Below are positions 1 through 11,640 of a DNA stretch of 64,000 nt, in pieces (positions within the stretch are counted from its first letter, which is position 1; each line of letters opens with the position of its first letter). Both the position numbers and the translations under genes were made by a program. This stretch comes from Eutreptiella sp. 'Long Island Sound 2002' (lineage: Eukaryota; Protista; Euglenida). The DNA lies in the NCBI GenBank assembly GCA_964036045.1, contig OZ038378.1, positions 48,856,001 through 48,920,000 of the forward strand, read 5' to 3'. The notes below the pieces were generated by a model. That model was not told where the DNA came from. It ran no database searches and saw only the letters and a list, made by a program, of their open reading frames with translations.

Positions 1-499
1 CAGCCCGATGACCAGGGAGAACCACCGGGCAGTCCTCCTCGCCCGCACGACCCACCTCCCCTTTTTCTTCGGCTTGTTTCTGGGGGACGCTGAGGTGGCC
101 ATTGGGATGGTCCGTGGGGACGGTTTTCTTGCCGCAGGTATGGCGCCTGACCAGTGATGGGGCCGCGTTGCTCGTGGCTGCATGGCTGATGTTGAGGGTG
201 CGCCCTGTCCCCCGAGACCTGTGTCCCCTGGTCGAGCGGATCAGCGAGCTCCTTCCTCTGACACCGCCGGACACGTGCGGCAATGCGGCAGTGGCAAGCC
301 GCGGATCCTGGGCCGAACAGCGCTCCGCTACATCTGCCTCCTCCTCCCCCAGCTCCAGCGCCCACGCCGCCATCCACACCGAAACAACGCTGCGGGCTAC
401 CTCCCCTGCTGCGGACAGGGCTGCGGAGACTCCAGCAGCATCGAGGGCCGTCCCAAACACAATGCCTTGAAAAGAAATGGGTCGCAAACGGGCAGCGCT

Positions 500-905
500 T
501 GTAATCATTCAGGCCTTTACTCATCCACAGGCCTGATCTTCATATACAGCAGATGCGGCGTGCGCAGTGACAGCGAAGTCGCGCCAGGATTCTATTGTTA
601 ATCTGTGTTTTGGGATCGCTTTTAATCGTGCTCTTTATTATCGCATTGATTAGATAATGACGATCTGTGGCTCATCAGTCTGTGGTACTGCTTGAGCTAT
701 CATGCGAGGTTTTGTCTTGCCATGTTTTAGACCTTGCACCAGTTGATCATGTTTATGAACAAACAGTGTCCGGGACTGTTTGTGACTGTGGACAATCGCA
801 GGTCATTTCTGTTCTTGATTTCAATGTTGAGTTTGGAGTGAGCCCATAAATCTCCAACAAGGTAAAGCCCATGGACTACCAACGGCAATCAGAAGACCAA
901 TTATA
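500..905 (+). repeat. 5' LTR (406 bp)
   Basis: Starts TGTAAT and ends ATTATA (near-perfect inverted ends); aligns along its length with 12906-13361. Confidence 0.9.
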
Positions 906-914
906 TGGTAGCGG
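906..914 (+). promoter_or_regulatory. Primer-binding site, probably tRNA-iMet type
   Basis: TGGTAGCGG immediately after the LTR; TGG-T-A fits the complement of CCA, A73 and U72 of an initiator tRNA; absent after the 3' LTR. Confidence 0.65.
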
Positions 915-3900
915 TTTTGGTGATATGATCCATGCACAAAAAGAGTACAATGAAGTTGGGTTTCATGAACCACATGGTCGCCCAATGAAAGTGGTATATG
1001 AAAGTGACCAATTTGAGAGCATGCATGAAGGTTCGAATCTCGATGATTGGGATGATGATTCCGCGGATCCACTCGACTTTCAAAAGTGCAAGAGAATTAG
1101 TTACGGGTCCGCCATGGAGGATGACACACTACATCCCGTTTGAGAGTAACTGTAACAACACGATGGATGATCTTCAAACCAAGGTGAAAGTGTTGGAGGC
1201 CTTGACTCAACAATTGATTCAACATGGCCCACAAGCACAAGATGTTCATGATTTAGGACAAAGACGACTAAAAGTTGAACTACGAGTGAATAAACTTCGC
1301 AAGCAAATTATACTTCTCAAAATGTCGCACGAGGAGATCTCTAAGGATGTGGGGTTGCTCATGGAGTTCATTAGAGATTTCATTGGACATGAACAATCCG
1401 GCCTCACATCACTTAAGGACACCATGGACATGATTCGACAAGTCGACGTTCGCCTTCGCGAAATTGATCAACACGTTGCACAGGTACAAGACAATGCCAC
1501 ACAAATCACGCGCGTGGCCATGGTAGTGGACGATATGGTCCAAGGAATTCAATAATATGGCTCCGTTGTAGAGCCCAATCCAAGGGCTTTTGATCTCTTT
1601 TAAGGATTGGTTTCAAAGGGCGAATTTCAATTTTTTCGCAACAAAGTGAGTGTATTGGAACAATTCGATACTCAACAATCTAAAGTGTTGTATGATTCAT
1701 ACATGCAAAATGTGCACCCTCGTTTGCAGACTATTGAGAATGATTTCATTGGTAGAGGTGAATATTTGCAAGCTTTGAGATCGGTTAAGGAGGAAACCGA
1801 TCGGTTGCAACTCGAGATTAATCATTATGATGTGGTGAACGATCATAATCAAGGCATTTTGGCCAAAGGTCTTGAGGAGTTGCGGGGTAATTTGCAAGAC
1901 CTCACTGGGGTACATCAATCGGATGTTTCAACTTTCAGGGTTGAGCTTGAACAATGTCATCATGCTATTGGCGAGATGCAACGTGCTAGTGCATCATATG
2001 TGTCACACGTGTCGTCTCAACAATTGGGTAATAGGGTTCACACCATTGACCATCAACTTCGTGAACCTTTTGTGACGGTTAAAGCATTTCAAAAATTCAC
2101 GACGGATTTTGTGTCCATGCAGGGCATACTCCGGGTGTTTGAAGAATCAATGAAGCAAATTCAAATGACCGCCAATGGCAATCCGCCACCGAATCCTTCC
2201 TTGGTTGCATTTGAAGGTAACATTTCTGAATTGTCATTGCGTTTGGATGGCCTTGCGTCCGAAATTTTGAGTTTGCATCATTCTTTGAGTGCTTTTGATT
2301 CTCGGTTGTCATCGTTTTCTTCTCGGTTTGATGAGGTGGAGTCATTTATTGCTCCTCTTCCCCAGGCCGTTGCAGCAATCGGACGGCAATCGAAGGAGTT
2401 TCAAATTCGTTTAGAAAAGGTGGAGCAAGGTGTGCTTGCTACTTTCTCACCAAAGACGGACTCACAAGTTAAGGCCATGTTGGATGAGCTTCGCGCGGCT
2501 ACTTGCAAAGTGTCAACATCATTTTTCTATTTCTTTTGAAGAGTGTCACACACGGTTTGAGCTTGAGCTACAGGAAAAACACACACAAACAAGACACAAT
2601 TTGTTATTTCCATACGTGACGTGCATGCTAACCTCACACGTGAATATAATCGAGGTGTTTCGAAGGTTACCAAACATTTGAATTCTCGTTGTGAAGCGTT
2701 GACGAACCACAACGAGAATCTCGAACGCAAGATTGCATCGCTTGAGGCTTCTATTCCTGGTTGGATAGAGAAAATGGTTTCGACATTCAAAGCCTCTCAT
2801 GAAGCGATGCAAAAGGAAATTGCGAATGTTGAGGGGACGATGTCTCAAGAGGTAGCACGAGCCGTGGATGCAATGCTGCCGCCTCCTCCCCCACCAGATC
2901 CTTCTGCTTCACATTTGTTTGTTATGCAACAAGTGGAAAAGGTTGAGTCACGTGTAAACACACTCGAGTCACTTGAGCCAGTGACTACGGCGCTAAGACG
3001 AATAGACGCCATTGAGGAGCGTTTTGGGTCGAGGGCCATTGATCCTACATTTTCCAAGCGTGTGCATGAAATGGAGACGCGTGTAGCGGAACATGCGTCA
3101 TTTGCCAAACTCGTGTTACAAGGAATTAAGAACATTGATCAACGTTCCCTCACCTCTTCCACCTCTCACACGAAGCCTGAGGTCGAAGCCGTTGGTTAAG
3201 GCTTTGAAAGCCGCATGTTGAATTTTTTCCAACGGGTGGAACATGACATAGATAGGAACCGTGAGGAAGTCGCGACCGGAGTTAAAGGGTGTTCCGAGCG
3301 TATCTCGTCCTTTGAGGGTTTTGTGAAGTCTCCTCGCATGGTGCAAGGTATAGGCTTGGAGGACTATCGTAAGGACCTTGAGGCGGTAGAGAACCACGCC
3401 GTGTGCTCGGTGGCTACGGTTGCGGATTCCGTGCACGGCCGAATGGATCGCCCCCGGGAGGGTTGCAGGGAGCTTCATGCCGAGCCGAATGCCATGCATT
3501 CTTTGAGTCATTCTAGCCAAGCACCACTGGGGCATGGGCATTCAACTGTGTCGGAAGCTCAAATAAATCTGAGAGCTGGTTCAAAATCTGATTATGTGCC
3601 AACTAACAAGGATCATATACCTTCCAGTGGTGAAGCCATGGAAATGGGCACTGAGTCCCAAACTGCCAAAACACCCACACCCACCGCTAATGTGTGTACA
3701 ATTACCCCATTAGCGACCCCGCCCCCCACGCGCACTACATTGCTTTCTACTTCTAGTGGCTTGAAAATTACTTCTGATCAGCCAGCCACCCCAACGCTGC
3801 CGATGACAGTCCACTCAGAATTGTTGCATTGGCTTTTCAATCCTTCGGGTTGGCTTAAGCCTTTGCGTGCATTGACACCTTCTCTTCTTTTGATTTTAAT

Positions 3901-5283
3901 CAATTGCTGCCCAGTGGCATCGCTGATGGAATGGCATTTCATGAGGTTTGACCACCTCAAGATGAATTTGAGGTCAGGGTGCCAGAACCCGGGAAAGCCC
4001 AGTCGGGGAGAGGTGTTTTTGGTAAATCCCCTGTTTCGTGGTTAGACCCAGATGTGTTGGAAACCCTTCAAAATCATTATAGGGTTCCGGTATGGAGACC
4101 GGACCTAGGGCAGTGTTATCCGGATTGGGAGACCTTGTTTTTGGTTTCGTACTATGGTAAGGGATGCCATTTTGATTTGGAAAATCAGTTTGGTTTGTTG
4201 CTTTCTAGTCAGCACACAAAGAGACAGTCCACGTTGGCTCGGCAGTTACGTGATGAGCGACTCTGCTTGATGGATCTTTTTCTGCTTATTCACTCCTATG
4301 GCATCAGAATCTCCAATCCTTATAGCCCCAGTACAGTTTTCACCAGTCTCGGCGGAAAGGGCAATCTAACAGGAGACGTCGGTCCAGATGAATGGTACGA
4401 TTTTTTTGCGTGGTTTTTACACCACGGTCGGAGGGTTACAGGCAAAGTTCCCATGTGGCAAGCCCATTCTGTCCTCCCCTCTGCCGGGGTTGCATACGCC
4501 AAGGGGAAATCGGCAGACAACCCATGGTACTCCATTAAGCAAGATCTCCTCCAGGGACAAACCTCTAGAGGTAATGTTCCTTATACGTACTGCAATACGC
4601 ATTGCAATCCCCAGAGGGGCGGACAGTACAAGCCGTCTCTGATTCCGGTTGACGTAGAGAAAGAGGATATGAGGGTGATCGTTCTCGCTCACGATGGCGT
4701 GACCGTGACCCGTAGGGGGATAAACGTGAGCGAGGTCATGGGGATTTGCGTGACCGTGACTGTTATGGAGGTTCGTGTGACCGTGACTGTTATACGGATA
4801 AGGGCTCACGCGGTAGTAGTGGTAGTCGTAGTGGGGACCGACATAAACGTGCTAGTGAGCATGGTCGTAGGGAAGACCGTCGACGCGATGGGTCTAATTA
4901 GCGTGATTATCGGCGAGGATCAGATGGGGAGGGTAGTAAAAGCTCCCGCAGTAGCTGGGGTAGTAACAGTGTCCGTAGTACTAGGTCTGAATCTGATCCT
5001 TCGAGATCGCATGGACGTGATTTTTCTCGCAACGAAAAACAGACAGGTTACCGTGGCAACTCTTGCCGCAAAGATCGAGTAGACAAGTCAGGATACCGAG
5101 ACCGCGATTCATGAAGAGGACGCAACCGCCATCGCAGACTCGACCGTGACCGAGACAGGTATTCCAATACATCAGCATCATCACGGGCCTACAGGACGTT
5201 CAGCGTCCAGTGGTCGTCACGATAAAACGCGACGGGACCGCTGGACAGAACGCAAGCGCACGCCAACAGAGGAGGATGTAGTT

Positions 5284-5325
5284 TGTTTTCGGTGTGGTGG
5301 TGTGGGTCACAGAGCACAGGACTGT
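5284..5325 (+). other. CCHC zinc knuckle (nucleocapsid)
   Basis: CFRCGGVGHRAQDC = C-x2-C-x4-H-x4-C. Confidence 0.92.
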
Positions 5326-5629
5326 CCCACTTTCAGAGACCATAAAAAGGCGCGCGCGATACAGGCAACGACGGAATCCCCCCAGCCAGAATTACAGGTC
5401 CAGGTCCAGCAAGAGAGGAGAAGTCCATAGGGACTTGGTCGGCAGAATAGCGCTCCTTCTGCTGAGACCAAGCGTAACGCTGAGACCGCCGTGGTAAGGT
5501 GGGTCAAGCTGCCAAAGACATGGGAGACAGTTGATCCGGAAGCATTTGTATGTGTATTGAATTTTTCGGATCTCTTTGTTGAGGAGCGTCACCCTATAAA
5601 TCCGCCCAGCAATCATAATTGTGGGCACA

Positions 5630-5990
5630 GGGAACTTGTCTTTGAGTGCCTGGTGCAGTTTTCAGCTCATCTGAAACTGCAGGACCTGAAGAATTTTGTT
5701 CCGGCTGATATTGGTTGCCAGATTTTAGCTGTGGGGAGTGCTTCGTTGTTTCCTAAGGAGAGTTCGGTCGGCGCCCCCTGACCATTGCTGCTGCTCGGTG
5801 CGGGTAAATCTCTCATCCAGGGAGGAGATAAGGGCGTGCATGTAACCCTACATGTGCCTGTAATGGGCAGATAGGGTATTGCAGTTCTGAAATGTCCAAA
5901 CATGTTCGTGCATATTGCTGAAGTGGGGCCCAAAATCCTGATTGGCTCTCCATTCTTGTTCCACTACAGGTTGGCTTTTGTTCCCACTAA
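5630..5990 (+). pseudogene. Retropepsin-like aspartic protease, degenerate
   Basis: FVPADIGCQILAV resembles the D-[ST]-G-A active site; ILIGSPFL resembles the C-terminal ILG.DFL motif; located after the CCHC knuckle; frameshifted. Confidence 0.6.
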
Positions 5991-6286
5991 ACATTTTTGA
6001 ATCCCAATGGAGGATATGAAGTTTTTGAGAGCCTCCAGGGCTTATCCGGGCTCCAGATCACAGAATGCCCGTATTGTCATCAGCATTTTGAAGCGTACAG
6101 GACAGGCACGTCGAGTTTCAGGACGTATACGTTTCTCTGACCCTGTGATCACTTCAGTGTGGTGTTTTGTTTGTAATCCGGAACAACCACCTGATGATGG
6201 TGGGCGCTGTGTGCATTCACAGGCAGCGCATATTACGTCATCCATGCGCATTGCATGTGAGGGTGCGGTTTTGCTCGGCTGCGCTT

Positions 6287-6691
6287 AAGGTGCGCCGCCT
6301 ATCAGATCGGGGATTTTTACCAAAAAGAGCCACCCCAGGGTCTGCAGATATGATGTCAGGGCACCACAGGATGTTGTAATCCCTACAGATACTGTTGTTA
6401 AGGTGCCTCTGGATATTGCTGTAGAGGTACCTGAGGGTTCATATGCTCGTTTGGCAACTTGCAGCAGTTTACCCGCCAAGCGTGTGCATATTGTGGGTGG
6501 TGTGATTGACCCTGACTACCGCGGGAACATCACTGCAGGGTTTGAAAATCAGGGTGTTTTGTGAATTCCGCATTCGCCGCAGTGACACAATTGCTCAAAT
6601 TGTGCTTGAAAATATTGTTACGCCCCCTGTCGTGGAAACAGAGGAGTTGTCTGAGACAAGTAGATGCGCTGAGGGTTTTGGCAGCACTGGG
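6287..6691 (+). pseudogene. dut: Trimeric dUTPase domain, frameshifted
   Basis: LPKRATPGSA[G]YDVRAP (motif 1), ARLATCSSL (motif 2), GGVIDPDYRGNI (motif 3), DTIAQIV (motif 4), RCAEGFGSTG (motif 5), all in order. Confidence 0.93.
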
Positions 6692-7710
6692 TCAGGGTCT
6701 CAGGACACATTTCTTCTTCAGAAAAATTTTGACAATCAAACTAATCTATCAGACATACACACACCAAAACACACACACATGCATGATACTGTTGTGGGAT
6801 CTGATTCTTTGATGAATAGTCTGATTGGTGTGTTGTGTACCCTTTGCAACCTCTTCGCTACAAAATCTGGAAGTGGAGTCCCAGTAACTGGAAGTGGAAT
6901 CCCAGTGTCCGTAAGTCCTGAATGTGGAAGCTCAGGAACCGGAAGTAGAAACGCGGAATCCAGCAGTCTTAAGAGTATAAAATCAGGCACCGGAAGTGGA
7001 ATCTCGGTTGCAAATGACCCTCGATGTGGAACGCCAGGCCCTGGACGTGGAATCCCAGGTAACCAGGCACGAAGTGGATACCCGGATCTACACACGGTGT
7101 TACAACCGTTTACGGGACTAGAGGTACCCAATAACCTTGAACAGGTCAATACGGCATTTAAGGATTCGTTACAGGGACGTGAGGTCCCGCTTACACAGAT
7201 GGGGATTTTTTCGTAGGTGTTGAACATGGTTCACCGGGTGGTACGGGGGTTGTGTACTCCAAGGTTCACCCTCTTTCTACATCTACAAATACACTATCAC
7301 CTGTACAAGACGATTCCCACGCAAACTGTGTGTTGAGTGCTGTGTTGGATGTTGATGATGTAATATATGATGAAGAACACACTGTTTTTTGGTCAGCTCT
7401 GGAGGACCAGACAGTCAATTCTGACCCTCCCCCCCCCCTTCTGTGAGTCTTACGCCCCTGATCATTTTATTGCAGGGTGGAGTATCAGAGAACCACTGAT
7501 TATTGAAAGTCTTCGGTGCTGAAGCAACAGGCATTGCCCCCCAGTGATGCGAAGTGATTTGAACATGGCCTTGCGGCTATGCATTTACTGACCACAGACA
7601 GGGCCATTGACCCCTCGTTTCCCCCTAAGAAAAACATTTTTCACTTGTCTTCTCTCTCTGATGTTGCCCGTCGTCAGGCCATCATCAGAAGCAAGAAGTC
7701 AATACCTCGG

Positions 7711-8110
7711 GGTCAATACCGAGTTCGATCATCAGTCATCAACAAGGTAAGTGCTTGGATGCTTCACACAGGACAGCCCATTAGCGTGGGAGTATATGCC
7801 AAACGTTGTTTGCAGTTTTTTGGACGTGGGTGGTGTTCCAGTGTAGATGCTCTAAATCAATCATGCAATGATGAAATATTATGGTTGCACCCTTCCCCAT
7901 CTCAGTGGTTACAGGCAGTTCTCAAGATGGTTTCTGATGCTTGTAAGGGCATTGCAGTGGTGCCTGTGGTTAAATCACAGCCGTGGTGGTGGTTGATTGG
8001 AGAAGTTGCGGTTGATTGGGTCGGGTTGCCCAAGGGTCACCCACTTTTCGTTGATTCTGACGGGCGCATACGCCGAACATGCTGCCCATACCGAATTGTC
8101 TACTCTGATG
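7711..8110 (+). pseudogene. DIRS-type (Dam-like) DNA N6-adenine methyltransferase domain
   Basis: In ORF 7579-8421: DALNQSCNDEILWLHPSPSQWLQAVLKMVSDACKGIAVVPVVKSQPWW follows the DIRS MT pattern DA[FL].Q.W....W..PP...V..K.......VVP.W..QPW; catalytic motif IV appears degenerate (HPSP). Confidence 0.75.
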
Positions 8111-8739
8111 CTGTGGGACACCCACAGTATCAGAGTGAACACGTTAAGGCTACATGTCCCCGGGTGGATGCACAGGGTCACCCGCTGGGTGATCGCTCCG
8201 ATGATTGGGATCCTTTGCCCAGAGATGTTTTGCATTCCGAGCCTGGTTCTAGAGGGCTCGCAGCACAGGCTGAAAATGTACAGGCTGGAAATGTACAGGT
8301 CACAGAATCCTGTGATCTGTTTACTCTCAGTGATTCAGCTTTGCCTCGGCATGAGGGAAGGCCTGGCCGTCGGACAATGCAAAAAAAACTTTGCACTGCC
8401 ATGCCGTTGACTGAGGTTTGATTGTGTATTAGATTGACTATTCAGGTTTGTCTGATACCCCCCCTGAGCCTGTGTTACACGATCCTGTCACTGGATCAGA
8501 AAATGCCATTTCCGATGAGCAGTACTCATCGGATGACGATGTTGGGTTTAGGGGAAGGGGTATGTGTGTATGTAATGACGACATTTCTCGTAGCATTTTT
8601 TCAGTGGTTCAGGCTGATAAGGAGTTTCCAGAGTGTCAGGATTTGCGTGATGCAATCCTTGACGAGTTTGAAAGATCGGTGTTCACGCGGAAGACCTTCA
8701 AAGAGGTCAACAATGCAAACCGAGGGCTGTATGCCCGAG

Positions 8740-9610
8740 TGAACCTTGAGCTGATCCAAGGTGCGGTGGGACATAGCTGTAAAGCTATCCGCACGGTAGG
8801 GGTACGTGAACAAATTTTATATGAAAAAATTAAAGAGTTCGAGAATCAGGGATTTCTGCGGCCTCTGGGCGCGGATAAAAACTCTGATTGGGTGTCAAGA
8901 GCGTTCTCCGTACCGAAGCCAAATCGCAAGTGGCGGCTTGTCATTGACTAACGGTCCCTGAATACTCAGTTAAAGGGTATAAATTTTCCCCTCCCCGTGA
9001 TTGTGGATGAGTTGGCGCGTCAGGTGGGGAATTCTGTTTTTTGTTTGGTGGATCAGGGGGATGGGCTTCACCAGATGCATCTGGAACCCTCCTGCTGTCA
9101 CCTGACGGCGTTCATCACCCCTTTTGGGGTATACGAGTGGTTGGTGTTGCCCATGGGAGTTAAAGTTGGGCAACAGGTGTTTCAGCGTCTAGTGCAGTGG
9201 GTTTTGCGTACATGTCCACATGGTGGACCATACATTGATGTCGTGCTGACTGGCAGGGAGATCCACAACGGCCCCGCACCAGTTCCTGTGGTCTTGGCCG
9301 GTTTTTGGACAGCCAAGCATATCAGGACGAAGATGCTGCGCAGTTTCTGCAGCCTTGTTTTTCCCCGCCCCCTGTATTGCCTGATGGCTCTCGAAATCCT
9401 GAAATGGCCACCCCCTACTTTTATGATTTTCCTGAGAGTCCTTCCCAGCGTGATCTTTTACACTTTCACTACTTGTGTCTTCTGGAGGTCCTCAAAGCCT
9501 TTGCGCAGGCTGACCTCAGTGCTAAACCATCCAAGTGTTTTTTGCTCATGGAGCAGGTACAGTATGTAGGGCATGTGTTGTGTAATGGCAAGCGCTTTCC
9601 CAGTATGAGG
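8740..9610 (+). pseudogene. pol: Ty3/gypsy reverse transcriptase
   Basis: WVSRAFSVPKPNRKWRLVID*RSLN, FPLPVI, TAFITPFGVYEWLVLPMGV, PYIDVVL (YxDD with D>V), KPSKC..EQVQYVGHVL; one stop and frameshifts. Confidence 0.95.
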
Positions 9611-9929
9611 CGCTCCGTGAATGGAAACAGGGCCAGATCACAATGGCCAAAGCCTTGAAGGGCTTTCTTGGCTTGGCCAATTGGTACAGTATGTACATAA
9701 AAAATTATGCCCAGCATGCGGCCCCCCTCATGGAGGCCTTGAATGGTAAGTGTTTGTATGAAGAGCGTGGGGGAAGTCCTGATATGGATGGTAATGGGTT
9801 GCCTGTAAAGTTGAGAAAGCGTTTACGCCTCACCCCCAAACAAGCTGAAATTCAGTGGAATCCAGAGATGGTTAAGGGTTTTGAGTCTATCAAGAACAGT
9901 TTCAATACACGTGTTGCCTTGTATTTGCC

Positions 9930-10355
9930 TAAGCCAGGAGCCAGGTGGAGGTTGTCCACAGACGCCTCTGACTACACCATCGGGGGATCGCTCGAACAGG
10001 AGCAGGAAGATGGCAATTGGCATCCAGTGACATTTTTTTCGCGTAAATTGCAGGGCAGTAAGACAGGTAAACATAGGGATAAGGGTATATGACAATTGGG
10101 GTCGACTGTACGTGAGAAGGGAAAGTACGCTGTAGTGTGTTGTCTCCTGGAATTCCAGTCCTTGATTGGACATCAGGAGGTGTTAGTGCGCACTGACCAC
10201 AGTAGTATTGTACAGTGGTATAAGGAGGATTTATGTACTGTATCAGGACCTTTAGGGCGACTCGGTCGGTGGCACGAATTTTTGAGTCGTTTCAATTTAG
10301 TAATTGAGTATCACAAAGGGGAGCATAACGAGGCGCCTGATGCCCTATCCCGTTG
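9930..10355 (+). pseudogene. Ty3/gypsy RNase H
   Basis: LSTDASDYTIGGSLEQ..HPVTFFSRKL, VLVRTDHSSI, GRWHEFLSRFNLVIEYHKGEHNEAPDALSR. Confidence 0.95.
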
Positions 10356-10799
10356 GGCCTATCCTGCGGGATTGGCACAGGATGTGTCTTTCTCACGGGT
10401 CACAGACAGACATGAAGGGCTGGAGTCAGTGTGAGGAAGCTGAACGGGTCCGTTCACAGAAAATGTTGAGGGATACATACCCCGAGGCCTTTGGACCCTG
10501 CAGCACCTCCACAGTCAGTTTTGCAGATCAATCTGAAGCACGTGACGTGCTTCTGCAGGTCGGGGCACAGGAGGAGATTGGTTCACTTTATTCAGCTTCA
10601 GACAATTTAAACTCCTCCACTTCGGGTACATACATGGATGCAGATGGTGTTCATTCGTTTTTGCATGACTCAGCATTGGTATCCAGAGTTCAGGGCAAGC
10701 CCAGTCGTCCAATGAGGCGCGCCTGTCGCCAGGAGGAATAAGCTTTTGAGAATTCATGATCGGCGTACCAAGGAAATTTTGGCTGAGCACCCCCCCAGA

Positions 10800-10940
10800 A
10801 ATTTGAGCCTGGGGACCGTGTATGGCTGCGTGTGCATCGGAAGCCCGGGGATAGTAAGCTGAGTTGGCTCTGGGTTGGTAAGTGTGGGACGGTACCGCAT
10901 TGCCGGACCGTATGGCGAACAGGAGGTAGAGGCGTTGAGG
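10800..10940 (+). pseudogene. Integrase C-terminal GPY/F-like segment (HHCC and DDE core not found upstream)
   Basis: FEPGDRVWLRVHRKPGDSKLSWLWVG resembles F..GD.VWL..KL...W.GP. Confidence 0.7.
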
Positions 10941-11019
10941 TTGAGGCCCTATCACCCCCCTCTCACACATGGACCCCCCCCCTTACATTACTATTTGGAC
11001 AAGGTGACTTTGGTGGATG

Positions 11020-11200
11020 ATGAGAAATTCATCATCGAGTACATTGACAAGCATAGGGAGATTGTCAATACAGGACGGCGGCACAAAATTTTACAATGGA
11101 GGGTTAAATAGAAAGCTTTTCCGAAGAAGGAGTGGCATGATGCGTCTGAATTTTTGCATTCCATTCCGGATGATTGGTTGGAGTATACCAGGAAGCACGA
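11020..11200 (+). pseudogene. Chromodomain
   Basis: FIIEYIDKHR...LQWRVK*KAFPKKEWHDASEFL..DWLEY; VK*K corresponds to VKWK with TGG>TAG. Confidence 0.8.
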
Positions 11201-11505
11201 CATCCATGTTGGCATTAAAGATGTCAAATCGGTGTTCCTGAGTTGGCGTATCCAGCGTTTGTCCTCCCCCTCTTCATGCTGATTTTTATCGCTTGCAGGT
11301 GGAATTCAATCAAAGAATTCGATGAATTGGACATGGGTGGTCTGCAGATGACGACACTGCAGGTCTGCAGACTCCAGGGTCTGTTGCTGTCAGTTCTGCC
11401 AGCTCCTCTTTTCCGACAGGCTTTTCAGGTACAGTGACAGTGACAGTGGTAGTGACATGACTCAAGGTCTGGGATTTTTTTTCCCCTCTCTCCCCCAGGT
11501 GGCAG

Positions 11506-11640
11506 ATGGCAGCAGTACAGGACTGCTCTGGGACATTAGCAGTCAGGTTGGCTATGGGACGTCAGCAGTCAAGTCCGCTCTGGTACGTCAGCAGTCAAGC
11601 CTGCAATGGGACGGCAGCAGTCAAGTGTGCTCTGGGTTGC
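11506..11640 (+). repeat. Degenerate ~26-bp tandem repeat in the element's 3' region
   Basis: About 5 units built around CAGCAGTCA[AG]G. Confidence 0.6.

Larger units (their letters stand above)
871..5430 (+). pseudogene. gag: Gag-like ORF broken by stops and frameshifts: long coiled-coil N-terminus, capsid-like segment, RD/RS-rich low-complexity tract and CCHC knuckle
   Basis: Consecutive + strand ORF fragments 871-1143, 998-1555, 1607-2539, 2621-3199, 3215-4045, 3979-5082, 5146-5430; position between LTR/PBS and protease. Confidence 0.75.

Noticed and set aside
1-495. Protein-coding gene in the left flank (also 13366-14100)
   Set aside because: GC-rich overlapping ORFs with no recognisable motif; probably LINE debris forming the insertion target of the LTR element.
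841-905. LTR ending at ..CCAACA (~859) with the rest as shared internal sequence
   Set aside because: The end at 905 gives near-inverted termini, an adjacent TGG-starting PBS and a matching 4-bp TSD; the end at ~859 gives none of these.
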